The translations under genes were made by a program, and so were the position numbers. A stretch of DNA of 64,000 nt from a virus: IMG/VR virus record IMGVR_UViG_3300008448_000014, positions 32,001-96,000 of that record; one strand, 5' to 3'. Below the pieces are notes generated by a model. That model was not told the DNA's origin and made no database searches. It saw nothing but the letters and a program-made list of their open reading frames with translations. Shown here piece by piece: positions 1 to 9,125 of this stretch (position 1 is the stretch's first letter; the number at the start of each line of letters is the position of its first letter).

Positions 1-759
1 TTCTTTTTTATCTAAATTAGGGTTTAATGAGTTAATGGTCCACCCATTAATTGGTTTTTTACTTTTGTCTAATTTTTTATAAATAAAATCAGAGATATTT
101 AAAAATTCCATAATTTCTGAAAATGTACTAAAAATTCTAATTTCTTTTTTTTCATAATTATATAAATATAAATAATCTTCTAAATGTAATTTACAAGTTT
201 TTGAAATAAATATATTATCTATAGATCTTTTAGATTTTATTCTACTAATTATAGCTTTAATAGTTGTATTAAATAATACAGCAGTAGAAGTAATACTTTC
301 TTCCTCTTTCAATAAATTTCCAAACTTATCAAACAAAAATAATTTTGTTGTTTTTTTCTTTATCTCATTTTTTTCATATTTTTCTTTTAATGTTTTACTT
401 ATTAATTTTTTAGTATCTTCTGTAGTTATTCTACTTTCAGGACCAATACCTCTATCTTGAGCATTTAATAAATTAAATTTATCTTTATACTTTCCTATTA
501 ATGATGTTTCAAAAATATATGATTCATTCCATCCTTTAATTTCAATCAATTTTTTAATTTTAGGTTCAATTCCTTTTTTTAATAAAGAATTTATCCAATT
601 TACTTTGTGGGGAGGATTTCTGTTAGGAAAATATTTATTATAATATTTTGATTTACTTATATGTTCAATTAACCTTATTTCTAAAGGTTTTCTAGTTCGT
701 CCAATGTATCTAATCTTACAATCTGTAGGATCATACAAACAATATATATTTACTTTCAT
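1..759 (-). CDS. GIY-YIG homing endonuclease (runs off window start; missing from the ORF track)
   Basis: Manual translation from ATG 759: MKVKYIYCLYDPTDCKIRYIGRTRKPLEIRLIEH..., a YIY-x-YIG motif with the catalytic Arg; the frame appears open to position 1. Confidence 0.85.
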   Translation of the reverse strand, partial: MKVNIYCLYDPTDCKIRYIGRTRKPLEIRLIEHISKSKYYNKYFPNRNPPHKVNWINSLLKKGIEPKIKKLIEIKGWNESYIFETSLIGKYKDKFNLLNAQDRGIGPESRITTEDTKKLISKTLKEKYEKNEIKKKTTKLFLFDKFGNLLKEEESITSTAVLFNTTIKAIISRIKSKRSIDNIFISKTCKLHLEDYLYLYNYEKKEIRIFSTFSEIMEFLNISDFIYKKLDKSKKPINGWTINSLNPNLDKKE

Positions 760-762
760 AAG

Positions 763-770
763 CAAATATA
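763..770 (-). promoter_or_regulatory. Bacteroidota -7 promoter box TATATTTG, 3 nt before the endonuclease ATG
   Basis: Matches the TAnnTTTG consensus; a TTTG lies at 786-789. Confidence 0.65.
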
Positions 771-803
771 ATTATAATTTTACAGCAAACTGGTATATAA
801 ATG

Positions 804-860
804 TTAAATTGTTGTTAAATCACCTGTTTGTCCTACAATTCCAATTAGTTTAGAGCTCAT
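804..860 (-). pseudogene. Orphan 5' stub of a P-loop NTPase gene, broken inside Walker A
   Basis: MSSKLIGIVGQTG-DLTTI*: a hydrophobic strand plus GxxG with no GK[ST]; starts 2 nt after the stop of ORF 863..1051. Confidence 0.7.
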
Positions 861-862
861 AT

Positions 863-1051
863 TTAATTATTAATTTTAGTTTGTAATTCTTTATCTGTTA
901 AAATATACTCTTTGCAATAAGTTGTAGATCCATTTTCTTCTAATACTACATTTCCATTTTTAATAGACTCTTTTAATAGATTTAAACGATCTTCGTCATT
1001 GTTACAGTATTCTTTTAACAACGCTAATACCTGTTCTTGTTTTTCATTCAT
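863..1051 (-). CDS. Hypothetical protein
   Basis: ORF track; co-oriented and tightly packed. Confidence 0.6.
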   Translation of the reverse strand: MNEKQEQVLALLKEYCNNDEDRLNLLKESIKNGNVVLEENGSTTYCKEYILTDKELQTKINN

Positions 1052-1114
1052 TTTTTAATTTATTTAGTTAATTTTTTAAAGAATAAAGATACAAATAATT
1101 TTTTTAATTATCAA

Positions 1115-1483
1115 CTATTCTACTCTATATTTTCTGTTAAATTCTATTAGCTTTTTAGCTAATTCCTCTGGGTTTAATTCTGATTCATCGTGATTATTAT
1201 CTCTTCGTTGATGTTCTTTAAACCACCATTCTAAATCTGAATTTACAAATTTATAATCAAAATTAGACACTACTATTTCCATAGCTTTACATAGAAATAC
1301 TGTCATAAAAGAATTAAAAGCAATGTTTTCTAGTTCTTTTAATTCTAAACTTTCTAACTCTATAATTCTTTTTTTTAATGATGCATTTTCATCAATTAAA
1401 TCATCAATAGGATTACTAGGTTTTTTAAAATTATTAGAATCTCCACAACAATTTGAATTCCATTCATCTACTCTACAAGGCAT
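1115..1483 (-). CDS. Hypothetical protein
   Basis: ORF track; begins 2 nt after the helicase stop. Confidence 0.65.
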   Translation of the reverse strand: MPCRVDEWNSNCCGDSNNFKKPSNPIDDLIDENASLKKRIIELESLELKELENIAFNSFMTVFLCKAMEIVVSNFDYKFVNSDLEWWFKEHQRRDNNHDESELNPEELAKKLIEFNRKYRVE

Positions 1484-1485
1484 AA

Positions 1486-2568
1486 TTATATATATTTAAT
1501 TTTGTTTTTATCTATTAATTGAAGTGATTTCTCAAGCCATTTATTTTGAAAAACTTCTGTACTCACAAATATATGTATATGTGAATGATCTGTATCATCT
1601 AGTAAACTTCTTCCTATCATTTGCTCTAAATTTTCTCCATTACCATTAATGGCAGTTATTAATATATTTTGCAATTCTGGAAAAGTTACACCAGCAGAAG
1701 CTTTCTTTAATAAACACAATTGATTTATATCTCCTTGTTGAAATTGTTTTAAAATAGAATCATCTTTACTTTTACTATTGAACATAGGAAGATTATATTT
1801 AAGTCCTGTTTTTTCATCAGAACTAAATAATATAAACCTCTTATCTTTGTTATTGATAATCCATTTGTTTACACATTCAATTAAAGAGTCACATGAATTA
1901 ATAAATCTCATTCTTTCTAAAGACTTAAACATCTTTAGTTGACCACTGCTTTTTAATATAAAAGCACTGAGTCTGTTACATTCTTTTTTCTCTGTTGATT
2001 TCCATTTCTTTACTCTACCATACTCTACTATTTTAGTGTTATTTAAATTATATCTATGTATATAAATAGTAAAATCACTAACAATACCATCTTTAATAGC
2101 TTTGTTAGTAGAATAATCTACTATCAATTTCATTTTAGTAAAAAACTTTATGTCAGCTAAAGTTTCTTTATTATACGTACCAGAAGCAAACATTACATGT
2201 TTATTGTTTTTTGCTATATCTCCTGCAATAGGCATTTGATTTTCTTCTCCAAGAAGATGAGCTTCATCAAATACATAATAATCAGCAATTACTTTTTTGT
2301 TTTTTTCTAAAGACATAAAAGTGGAAAATATAATAATTTGTTTAAAGTTTAATCTATTTATTTCATTTTCCCAAGAAATACGCACGTCTATATTAGGATA
2401 AGCTATAAACACTGTTATTTCTTTATTATTACTATGATTTTTTATTGATTCTAAAATCATTTTTGTTTTTCCTGATCTTACACTAGATAATATAATACCT
2501 TTACAATTATTTTCTATAATAGTATTTTGTATTTTTTCTTGAATTAAATCTTTTTTTGTATTAATCAT
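1486..2568 (-). CDS. Superfamily 2 (DExH) helicase
   Basis: Walker A SVRSGKT, motif II FDEAH, SGT, QMIGRSL; likely start ATG 2568 (MINTKKDLIQ) overlapping the endonuclease stop. Confidence 0.85.
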   Translation of the reverse strand: MINTKKDLIQEKIQNTIIENNCKGIILSSVRSGKTKMILESIKNHSNNKEITVFIAYPNIDVRISWENEINRLNFKQIIIFSTFMSLEKNKKVIADYYVFDEAHLLGEENQMPIAGDIAKNNKHVMFASGTYNKETLADIKFFTKMKLIVDYSTNKAIKDGIVSDFTIYIHRYNLNNTKIVEYGRVKKWKSTEKKECNRLSAFILKSSGQLKMFKSLERMRFINSCDSLIECVNKWIINNKDKRFILFSSDEKTGLKYNLPMFNSKSKDDSILKQFQQGDINQLCLLKKASAGVTFPELQNILITAINGNGENLEQMIGRSLLDDTDHSHIHIFVSTEVFQNKWLEKSLQLIDKNKIKYI

Positions 2569-3313
2569 ATTTATATTTCCATTTAAATCCACAAGATTGT
2601 TTTTGCCTACCTTTTAACGTTGCAGGTATATCTCCTTTAAAAAATTTTTTAGCTTCTGTTACAGTTTTCCATTCTTTAATAAAATTATCATTTAAATCAT
2701 ATTGTATTATAGGTTTTGAAACTCTTTCAGAAACTTTTTTTCTATTCTCAATTGACATACCTTTACCTATATTACCTAGTTTAATTTTTTCTTTAGTAAT
2801 TTCAGATAAAATTCTACCTTTTTTAGCTTTGCTCATTTTTTCACGAGCCTCTTTTGACATTTTTTTACCTTTGTTACCTTGAGAAATTTTTTTCTTAGTA
2901 TCTTCAGTATGTTTTTTATTTAAAAAATGTCCTACATGTCCTAATAATGTTTTAGATATTTTATTTTTAGTTTCTTGTAAAATTATTCTATTACTCATTT
3001 TTTTCTTTGTTTCCTCGCTTACTATTCTAGGTAAAATATCTGTTTCTTGTAATCTACAATTTAACCCTTTAGTGGAAACAACATTAAATAAATCTTGATA
3101 ATATCTTTCTTTAAGATTTAATTGATCATGTTTACATTCTTCAATTATTTCAAAAATATGATTTTCTACGCCATATTTTAAAAAGCTTTTATACAAAATA
3201 GGTTGATTTTTACAAGAAAGATTTTTATAATTTTTAAATCTTTTTTCAATATTAATACTTTGCCCAATGTATATTTTACCACTTGGACTTGTGATTTTAT
3301 AAATTCCTATCAT
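2561..3313 (-). CDS. GIY-YIG homing endonuclease with NUMOD3-like repeats and a C-terminal NUMOD1-like domain
   Basis: MIGIYKITSPSGKIYIGQS; repeated H/SEETKKKIS; PIIQYDLNDNFIKEW...GFKWKY; likely start ATG 3313. Confidence 0.92.
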   Translation of the reverse strand: MIGIYKITSPSGKIYIGQSINIEKRFKNYKNLSCKNQPILYKSFLKYGVENHIFEIIEECKHDQLNLKERYYQDLFNVVSTKGLNCRLQETDILPRIVSEETKKKMSNRIILQETKNKISKTLLGHVGHFLNKKHTEDTKKKISQGNKGKKMSKEAREKMSKAKKGRILSEITKEKIKLGNIGKGMSIENRKKVSERVSKPIIQYDLNDNFIKEWKTVTEAKKFFKGDIPATLKGRQKQSCGFKWKYKYD

Positions 3314-3343
3314 TTTGTATAAAATTAATTTTATACAAAAATA
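3313..3343 (-). promoter_or_regulatory. TATTTTTG -7 box overlapping a perfect 28-bp palindrome that reaches the start codon
   Basis: ttttgtataaaatt|aattttatacaaaa at 3313-3340; box at 3336-3343. Confidence 0.7.
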
Positions 3344-3388
3344 AGTAATTAATATCAATATTTGGACAAAGTATTATTTTTTTTTTAT

Positions 3389-3415
3389 CTACACTTGTAT
3401 TTCTGTTTTTGTCAT
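3389..3415 (-). pseudogene. Probable orphan 5' stub of the SF2 helicase gene
   Basis: MTKTEIQV*; its ATG overlaps the TGA of ORF 3412..3630 (ATGA coupling) and it resembles the helicase start TKKDLIQ. Confidence 0.45.
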
Positions 3416-4357
3416 AATTCTTTGTTATAATATTCTTCTTCAAAATGTTCATATAAAGCCATCAATGTGTAAGAATGTTTTTTTGTTAACCATTCAGCAA
3501 AATGAATTACTTTGTTATCAGTATTAATTTTTTCTAGTTCTTTTGCTTTTTCAATAATTGGTTCATCATCAGCTATACTCACACCAGTTAATGTTTTTAT
3601 ACCATCAACTACATATTCTACTGCTGTCATAACTTCTTAGTTAAATAATATTTTAAATCTAATGCTCTTCTTTTAACAGCACCAGACATTCTGGTATTGC
3701 TAATATCATGTTTACCTATAACTATTCCATTATAACTACTAACATATCCTGTTGTAGCTTTAGCAACTGTTATAGCTTCATCCACTGTATCTGAGAATCT
3801 TTTGATTTCAGATTTAATTTGTATTAAGTCTTCTAGTTTCATTTTTTATTATATTTTATTAATTTCTATTTTGTTTTAAATTATTTTTCCATTCTATCCA
3901 AAAACCTATAGCTACTAATATATTCATACCAAAAGAAGCAATAATTTCATGTAAGTCTTCATATATATTCATAGTTAAGTGAACATGTCCAATTACCCAA
4001 AAAGGTACTGATAAATTACTTGCTGTCCATGTTATAAAAAATATAATAAATTTTTTCATTTGTCTCCTTTACTAATCAAGTAATACCATAACCAAATCAC
4101 TTTTGGCCTTATAAACTCATAACCTATCCATATTAATAAGTATTTCATTCTTCTTTGTTTTTTATATATCCATATACATTAAAACCTTCTTCATCTTCAT
4201 ATTTAGTACCATCCTTACGAACTCCCCATTTATACCACATAGCCATAATTGTTGATTCATTAGTTTTACTCCATTTATCATCTTCAAACCTGAATTGTTC
4301 TTTGTCTGATTTTTCTTTAAATAAAGGAACAAATCCTTCTGGTTTTTCTTTTCTCAT
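3412..4357 (-). other. Cluster of small hypothetical CDSs (3412-3630, 3627-3842, 3859-4059 membrane protein, 4145-4357)
   Basis: ORF track; overlapping stop/start codons; 3859-4059 has two hydrophobic segments. Confidence 0.65.
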
Positions 4358-5427
4358 TATTGTAAAAAATATGATTTGTTAATAATACTTTCATAATCTG
4401 CATCTGTAATATCTCTTTTTCTAGGCAATTCCTTGAAAATTCCTAATTTTCCTAAAAATGCAAGTCCAATTCTAATATCATCTTCACCATATGAATTTTT
4501 CAATAATCTTAAACTTCTGAAATATTTACCACCATACTCATCTTTGAGTTTGTTAAGATCATATCCAGAAGTATCTTCCACTTTATATCTCACAGGATCA
4601 AATAGAGCAAGAACAACATCTGCATCATTTTGTGTGCTAGATGAATCTGAAAAATCTTCTAGTTGAGGTTCTACATCTCCTGCTTTAAGTCTCATTGGAT
4701 TAGATATACTTCTATTAAACTGACTAACAATTACAGGAGTATAACCAAAGAAATCTCTAACATATTGAAGTTCATTTGACATTTTATCAATTGCTTCTTT
4801 TTTTGTTGGCTGATCTTTTGTTGTTTTCAATAATCCTATATGGTCAATAATAACAATAGTTATTACATTAGGATCATTAGGAACATATACTTTGCTATAT
4901 TCATCATCAGGATCTTTTTGTATTATTTTACCATTCTTTAGAGCGTGTGCTCTTAGTTCTTTGGCTATACCTACAGGATTCTCTGGACCATCTATAACTG
5001 TAATAACATCTTTCATCTTATCCATATACCATTGATAGGAAAGAAATAATTTATGTTCATCTTCAGTCATTTTTTCTGTCCAACCTAATAGTCTATTAAC
5101 AGACATACTTATACCATGATCAAGAAATATCTTTCTACACACCCATTTTGCATACTTGTATGTAGAACTTCTCTCCATTGATCTATATATAATCTTTAAC
5201 TTTATATCTGTATTATTCTTTTTAGATATATACCAATCAAAAGGATTAAGAACAAAACAATCATCTATAAAAGAAGTTTTACCACTTCCTGTATTACCAC
5301 CAATAAGAAACATCATAGACTTCCTAATACCTATATATCTATTAAGTCTATCAAATCCCATAGGAATACCATTATTGTTTCCTTCCAATCCTTTATCAAC
5401 TTCTCTCTTTAATTGCTCAAAACTCAT
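4357..5427 (-). CDS. DnaB-like (SF4) replicative helicase
   Basis: GGNTGSGKT, SMER, IIDHIGLL, VSQFNR, QNDADVV, LKNSYG motifs; TATTTTTG box at 5451-5458 upstream. Confidence 0.88.
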   Translation of the reverse strand: MSFEQLKREVDKGLEGNNNGIPMGFDRLNRYIGIRKSMMFLIGGNTGSGKTSFIDDCFVLNPFDWYISKKNNTDIKLKIIYRSMERSSTYKYAKWVCRKIFLDHGISMSVNRLLGWTEKMTEDEHKLFLSYQWYMDKMKDVITVIDGPENPVGIAKELRAHALKNGKIIQKDPDDEYSKVYVPNDPNVITIVIIDHIGLLKTTKDQPTKKEAIDKMSNELQYVRDFFGYTPVIVSQFNRSISNPMRLKAGDVEPQLEDFSDSSSTQNDADVVLALFDPVRYKVEDTSGYDLNKLKDEYGGKYFRSLRLLKNSYGEDDIRIGLAFLGKLGIFKELPRKRDITDADYESIINKSYFLQ

Positions 5428-5464
5428 TTTAATTTTTTTAATTATAAATACAAAAATACTAATA

Positions 5465-5917
5465 TTAACTGAATAATTTCTCTAACCATTCATTCATAAT
5501 TAAAGATGTTCCTTTAATCTCTTCTATATGATTTCTTATATCATCTCCTTTAAGAGCAGGCCAGTATTTTACATAGCCACCACAATTACCATCTTTAGCT
5601 CCAATACGTAAATCTATTCCATATTTTGTACTAGTGTTCTTAAGAAGACCAGTTCCAGTATATTTTAGCCAATAATGTGCACCTCCTGATTTAGTGTTGT
5701 AATGATAACTCTTATTTAGTTCTACTAATATAACCATTGGTATATTCTCAAAACCATCTTTACCATTTTTACAATCTACATCTACTACAATATATTCATC
5801 TGTAGGAGATACAGCTAGATTATAACCTTCAGGAATTTCTCCTTCAAAATAATATCCTGAAGGAATAGAACCCCACTTACATGTGGGGGTTCCATTTCTC
5901 AACAAAAAACTCTTCAC
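5465..5917 (-). CDS. Bifunctional primase-polymerase (prim-pol) catalytic domain
   Basis: VVDVDCKNGKDG, TKSGGAHYW, GIDLR...GGYV motifs; next to the DnaB-like helicase. Confidence 0.8.
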   Translation of the reverse strand: MKSFLLRNGTPTCKWGSIPSGYYFEGEIPEGYNLAVSPTDEYIVVDVDCKNGKDGFENIPMVILVELNKSYHYNTKSGGAHYWLKYTGTGLLKNTSTKYGIDLRIGAKDGNCGGYVKYWPALKGDDIRNHIEEIKGTSLIMNEWLEKLFS

Positions 5918-6180
5918 TAAAAAGAATATTGTTTACGTGCTTTATCTGTTTCCCAGAATTTAGCATAATTATGATTATAAGCATAATCAAACACTCTATC
6001 AATCTCTTCATTTACATCACTATCTTCACTATCTGCTGCTTTAAGGCAATCTAATTCTGTTGCTTTTATATAACAAGCATAACCACAAAGAGCAAGAATG
6101 TTTACATCTCCTCCACTTCCACCATTAAATTCTAATTTGTTATCTGTAATAAACTGTTTTAATTTTTCTAACTTGTTCAT
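5917..6180 (-). CDS. Small helical protein, possibly a stand-alone primase C-terminal (PriCT-like) domain
   Basis: FNGGSGGDVNILALCGY...EEIDRVFDYAY; stop overlaps the prim-pol start. Confidence 0.35.
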   Translation of the reverse strand: MNKLEKLKQFITDNKLEFNGGSGGDVNILALCGYACYIKATELDCLKAADSEDSDVNEEIDRVFDYAYNHNYAKFWETDKARKQYSF

Positions 6181-6196
6181 GTTTTTATATATTTAA

Positions 6197-6746
6197 TTAG
6201 TTAATAGCTGTATAAGGGTTAGACTCTATCCATTCTTTTAGAAAATCTTCTTTCTCTGATAAACTTTGAAAGTTTAATTCAGCAAAACTATCTCCAGATC
6301 CTATTCTTTCCCACGTTTCTCTATTGTTTGGTAATCCTATAAAATCACTAGATTTCTTATCTGATGATAATGTTAACATTGATTTCAATAATTCTTCTAT
6401 TGTTGCCATAATTTTATTTTTTAATTTTTAAAAAGTTTTCTACTAATGTTTTTATTATAAATTCGTCTGCATGGCAGTCTTCATATCCTGTCCATACTAA
6501 TGTATTACTGATTGCATCTGCTAATTCTTTGTAGTTTTTAGGTGTAATACATAAAAATTCATCTATTTTAGTTTCAATATCAGCAATAGCTCTATCCATT
6601 GTTGGATAACCCATAGAAGCATTTCTATCTTTTTCTTTATTTGAAGTAGATAGTACATCTAAAGCATAACCATGAAAGAATCCAGTTTCATAGACTGCTA
6701 TTGTAACAGAACAATCTTTGTATTTATAAGATTTAACTATTGCCAT
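6197..6746 (-). other. Two hypothetical CDSs (6197-6409, 6414-6746)
   Basis: ORF track; tight operon spacing. Confidence 0.6.
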
Positions 6747-6748
6747 TT

Positions 6749-7498
6749 TTATAATTGTTTAATTGTTTCTCTTAATAATTCTAACTCTGTTTCACTAATT
6801 GTATGGTTTAATAACCATAAATCAATAATTTTAATTAATATTTTACTATTCTTCTTTACAGATTCTACTTTCTCATCTACTTTTTGAGAATTAAATATGT
6901 TTTCATATTCTAACATACTAGTTAGTATCTCTTTGTATTTAAGAACAGCTTCATCAGTGTTATATCCACGTTTATAATACTTAAAACATCTTTCAAGCTG
7001 ACGTAATATTCTACTTACAGCCCAAATGTTTGGATTATAAAAAGATTTATTCCATTTATTCCATGTAGCTATTCCTTCTCTACCCTCAGAAAGATTTAAT
7101 GTCTTTTTAGATTTTAAATCATATCCTATAGCAATTATATCTAAATCAAATGTACTAAGTACATCAAATATAGAATGGTTCTTTTCTTTAAATATAATAT
7201 TAACATCAATAGCCATATTGTATTTAAACTTAATAGTTATAAGTCCTAATTTCTTTAAACTTCCTTTATAAGGATTAGAAATCCAATCCTCAAACTTCCA
7301 TTTCTCTATTGGATCTATCAATAAAAACATTTTATTATGATAGAGAGTGAATAATAGTTTTGTGAAGGCAGCTTCATCATATGTGAATATATCAACATCT
7401 GCTCCTTCAAAATATTGAAGCATACAGCTTCCAGTTATACATCCATTAACATCCTGTTCTTTTAAAAATGCAATAGCATTTTCCATTTGTTCTTTCAT
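6749..7498 (-). CDS. Pol-beta superfamily nucleotidyltransferase
   Basis: hGS-x(n)-DxD motif ITGSCMLQYFEGADVDIF; later DVNII and STFDL. Confidence 0.7.
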   Translation of the reverse strand: MKEQMENAIAFLKEQDVNGCITGSCMLQYFEGADVDIFTYDEAAFTKLLFTLYHNKMFLLIDPIEKWKFEDWISNPYKGSLKKLGLITIKFKYNMAIDVNIIFKEKNHSIFDVLSTFDLDIIAIGYDLKSKKTLNLSEGREGIATWNKWNKSFYNPNIWAVSRILRQLERCFKYYKRGYNTDEAVLKYKEILTSMLEYENIFNSQKVDEKVESVKKNSKILIKIIDLWLLNHTISETELELLRETIKQL

Positions 7499-7532
7499 CT
7501 TGTTTATTTATTTGTGTTCTATGTTATAAAAT

Positions 7533-7563
7533 AAAAAAGACACCTAAATTAATAGGTGTCTTT
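7533..7563 (-). terminator. Intrinsic terminator after ORF 7584..8075
   Basis: Stem gacaccta/taggtgtc followed by a T-run on the minus strand. Confidence 0.75.
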
Positions 7564-7583
7564 AATGTTAAAATGACTAATAA

Positions 7584-8075
7584 TTAGTCTAAATGTGGCT
7601 CTAAAGTTGTTACAGCTTCTACAATTTGCTCTAATGTATATAAAGCCTGTAGTTTAACAATTTTGTCTGTAGAGAAATACAATCCAAACTCTTCAAATTC
7701 TGCAATGATATTGAATTTTTGCATGATTCTGTTCAATTTTTCTGCTTTTCCTTCATCTTCTTTATTACCTAACCAAGCCAAAGCTTCTTTTTGTAATTTA
7801 TCTAATGTAGGAGTTTTTACTTCTTCTGGAGCAGTTACATAAGTTCTTTTCTCATCATTCAATTTTTCTGTAACTTGTTTTACTACACTTTCAAATGTAA
7901 TAACTTCTTTCACTTTAAAATCTGTAGCTCTAACTGTATTAGCTAAATTTACAAGATAATGAGCTTCTTTTTGAAGAGTTACAAATTCTTCGTGATTTAC
8001 AGGAACTTGTCCTTCTGTTGCTACTAAATAACCACCATTCACTAACGCTAATTCATTGTTTTTTAAAAATTTCAT
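7584..8075 (-). CDS. Hypothetical protein, last gene of the MoxR-vWA unit
   Basis: ORF track; A-rich leader; followed by a terminator. Confidence 0.75.
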   Translation of the reverse strand: MKFLKNNELALVNGGYLVATEGQVPVNHEEFVTLQKEAHYLVNLANTVRATDFKVKEVITFESVVKQVTEKLNDEKRTYVTAPEEVKTPTLDKLQKEALAWLGNKEDEGKAEKLNRIMQKFNIIAEFEEFGLYFSTDKIVKLQALYTLEQIVEAVTTLEPHLD

Positions 8076-8132
8076 TTTTTTTTTGTGTTTTAAATTATTA
8101 ATTATTAATTATTTTGAGTGTCCTCTCCAGGT

Positions 8133-9125
8133 TTAATTTAAGTCTTTTACCCAATTGCTAACATGTTCTACATTACTACAATCAAACATATCAGCATAAC
8201 CTGCTAATGTACTACTGCTTGTTGTATGAAAAGAATATATTTTATTCACTTTAAAGTTACAAACATCATATGCTTGTTTCTTACTAATAGCTCTTTCTGA
8301 TCCCCAACTATCTAAAGGTGTATGATAATCACCAAATACAATAACATTGTCATAGTTTCTATGTTGAGAAACAATAGCTCTAAAGTCTTTACATTCATTA
8401 TTTTGACCATAATCTTGATACACTTGATCTATATCTAAGCTATCAACTTCTGTATAATCAAATAGCCCTGATCTAGCTCCTGTAATAATCAAATCAGCAA
8501 AGAACTGTGTAACCATTGTTTTACTCAATAATAGACAAGCTTTTGCAATAGATTTAGGAATAGATGCTGATATATCTATAATAATAAGATTTCTATCTGG
8601 TGTGCTCAATGTAATATTACCAGATGTATTATCTAGTTTTTTATTATACAATGAAGGATTCCATGTTATAGAACTCAATATATTAGATTTAATAGCATCT
8701 TCTATTTTAGAGCTAAACCATGTAGGAATAACTTTCAAATTCTTTAAGCAATCTAAATCTACTTGATATGATATATCAGCAATAAATTCTTCTACATCAA
8801 CAGAAGGAGTTACACCATTAATTGTAGTGTCCACTGTTATTTTAGAATCATCATTAATATATATACATTGCTCTGAATATGCTTTAGACTTAAACAAATC
8901 TTTATACCCATTCTTTTGTAATATTGCTTGCCAATCAAAAGGAAGACCTGTTGCTATAGCAGATTTTAACAATATTTCAAACTCTAATAGTTTTACATAA
9001 TTGTTATAATCTTTTTTGTTTCCTTTAATAAAAGGAACACCCATAGGAATTGTTGCCAATTCTTTATCATCTTCTATAAGATAGACAATAGGTAGACTAA
9101 ATTTTTTACTCTGTAATAATTCCAT
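8133..9125 (-). CDS. vWA (MIDAS) domain protein
   Basis: IIIDISASI (DxSxS) and VIVFGD; overlaps the MoxR gene. Confidence 0.7.
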   Translation of the reverse strand: MELLQSKKFSLPIVYLIEDDKELATIPMGVPFIKGNKKDYNNYVKLLEFEILLKSAIATGLPFDWQAILQKNGYKDLFKSKAYSEQCIYINDDSKITVDTTINGVTPSVDVEEFIADISYQVDLDCLKNLKVIPTWFSSKIEDAIKSNILSSITWNPSLYNKKLDNTSGNITLSTPDRNLIIIDISASIPKSIAKACLLLSKTMVTQFFADLIITGARSGLFDYTEVDSLDIDQVYQDYGQNNECKDFRAIVSQHRNYDNVIVFGDYHTPLDSWGSERAISKKQAYDVCNFKVNKIYSFHTTSSSTLAGYADMFDCSNVEHVSNWVKDLN

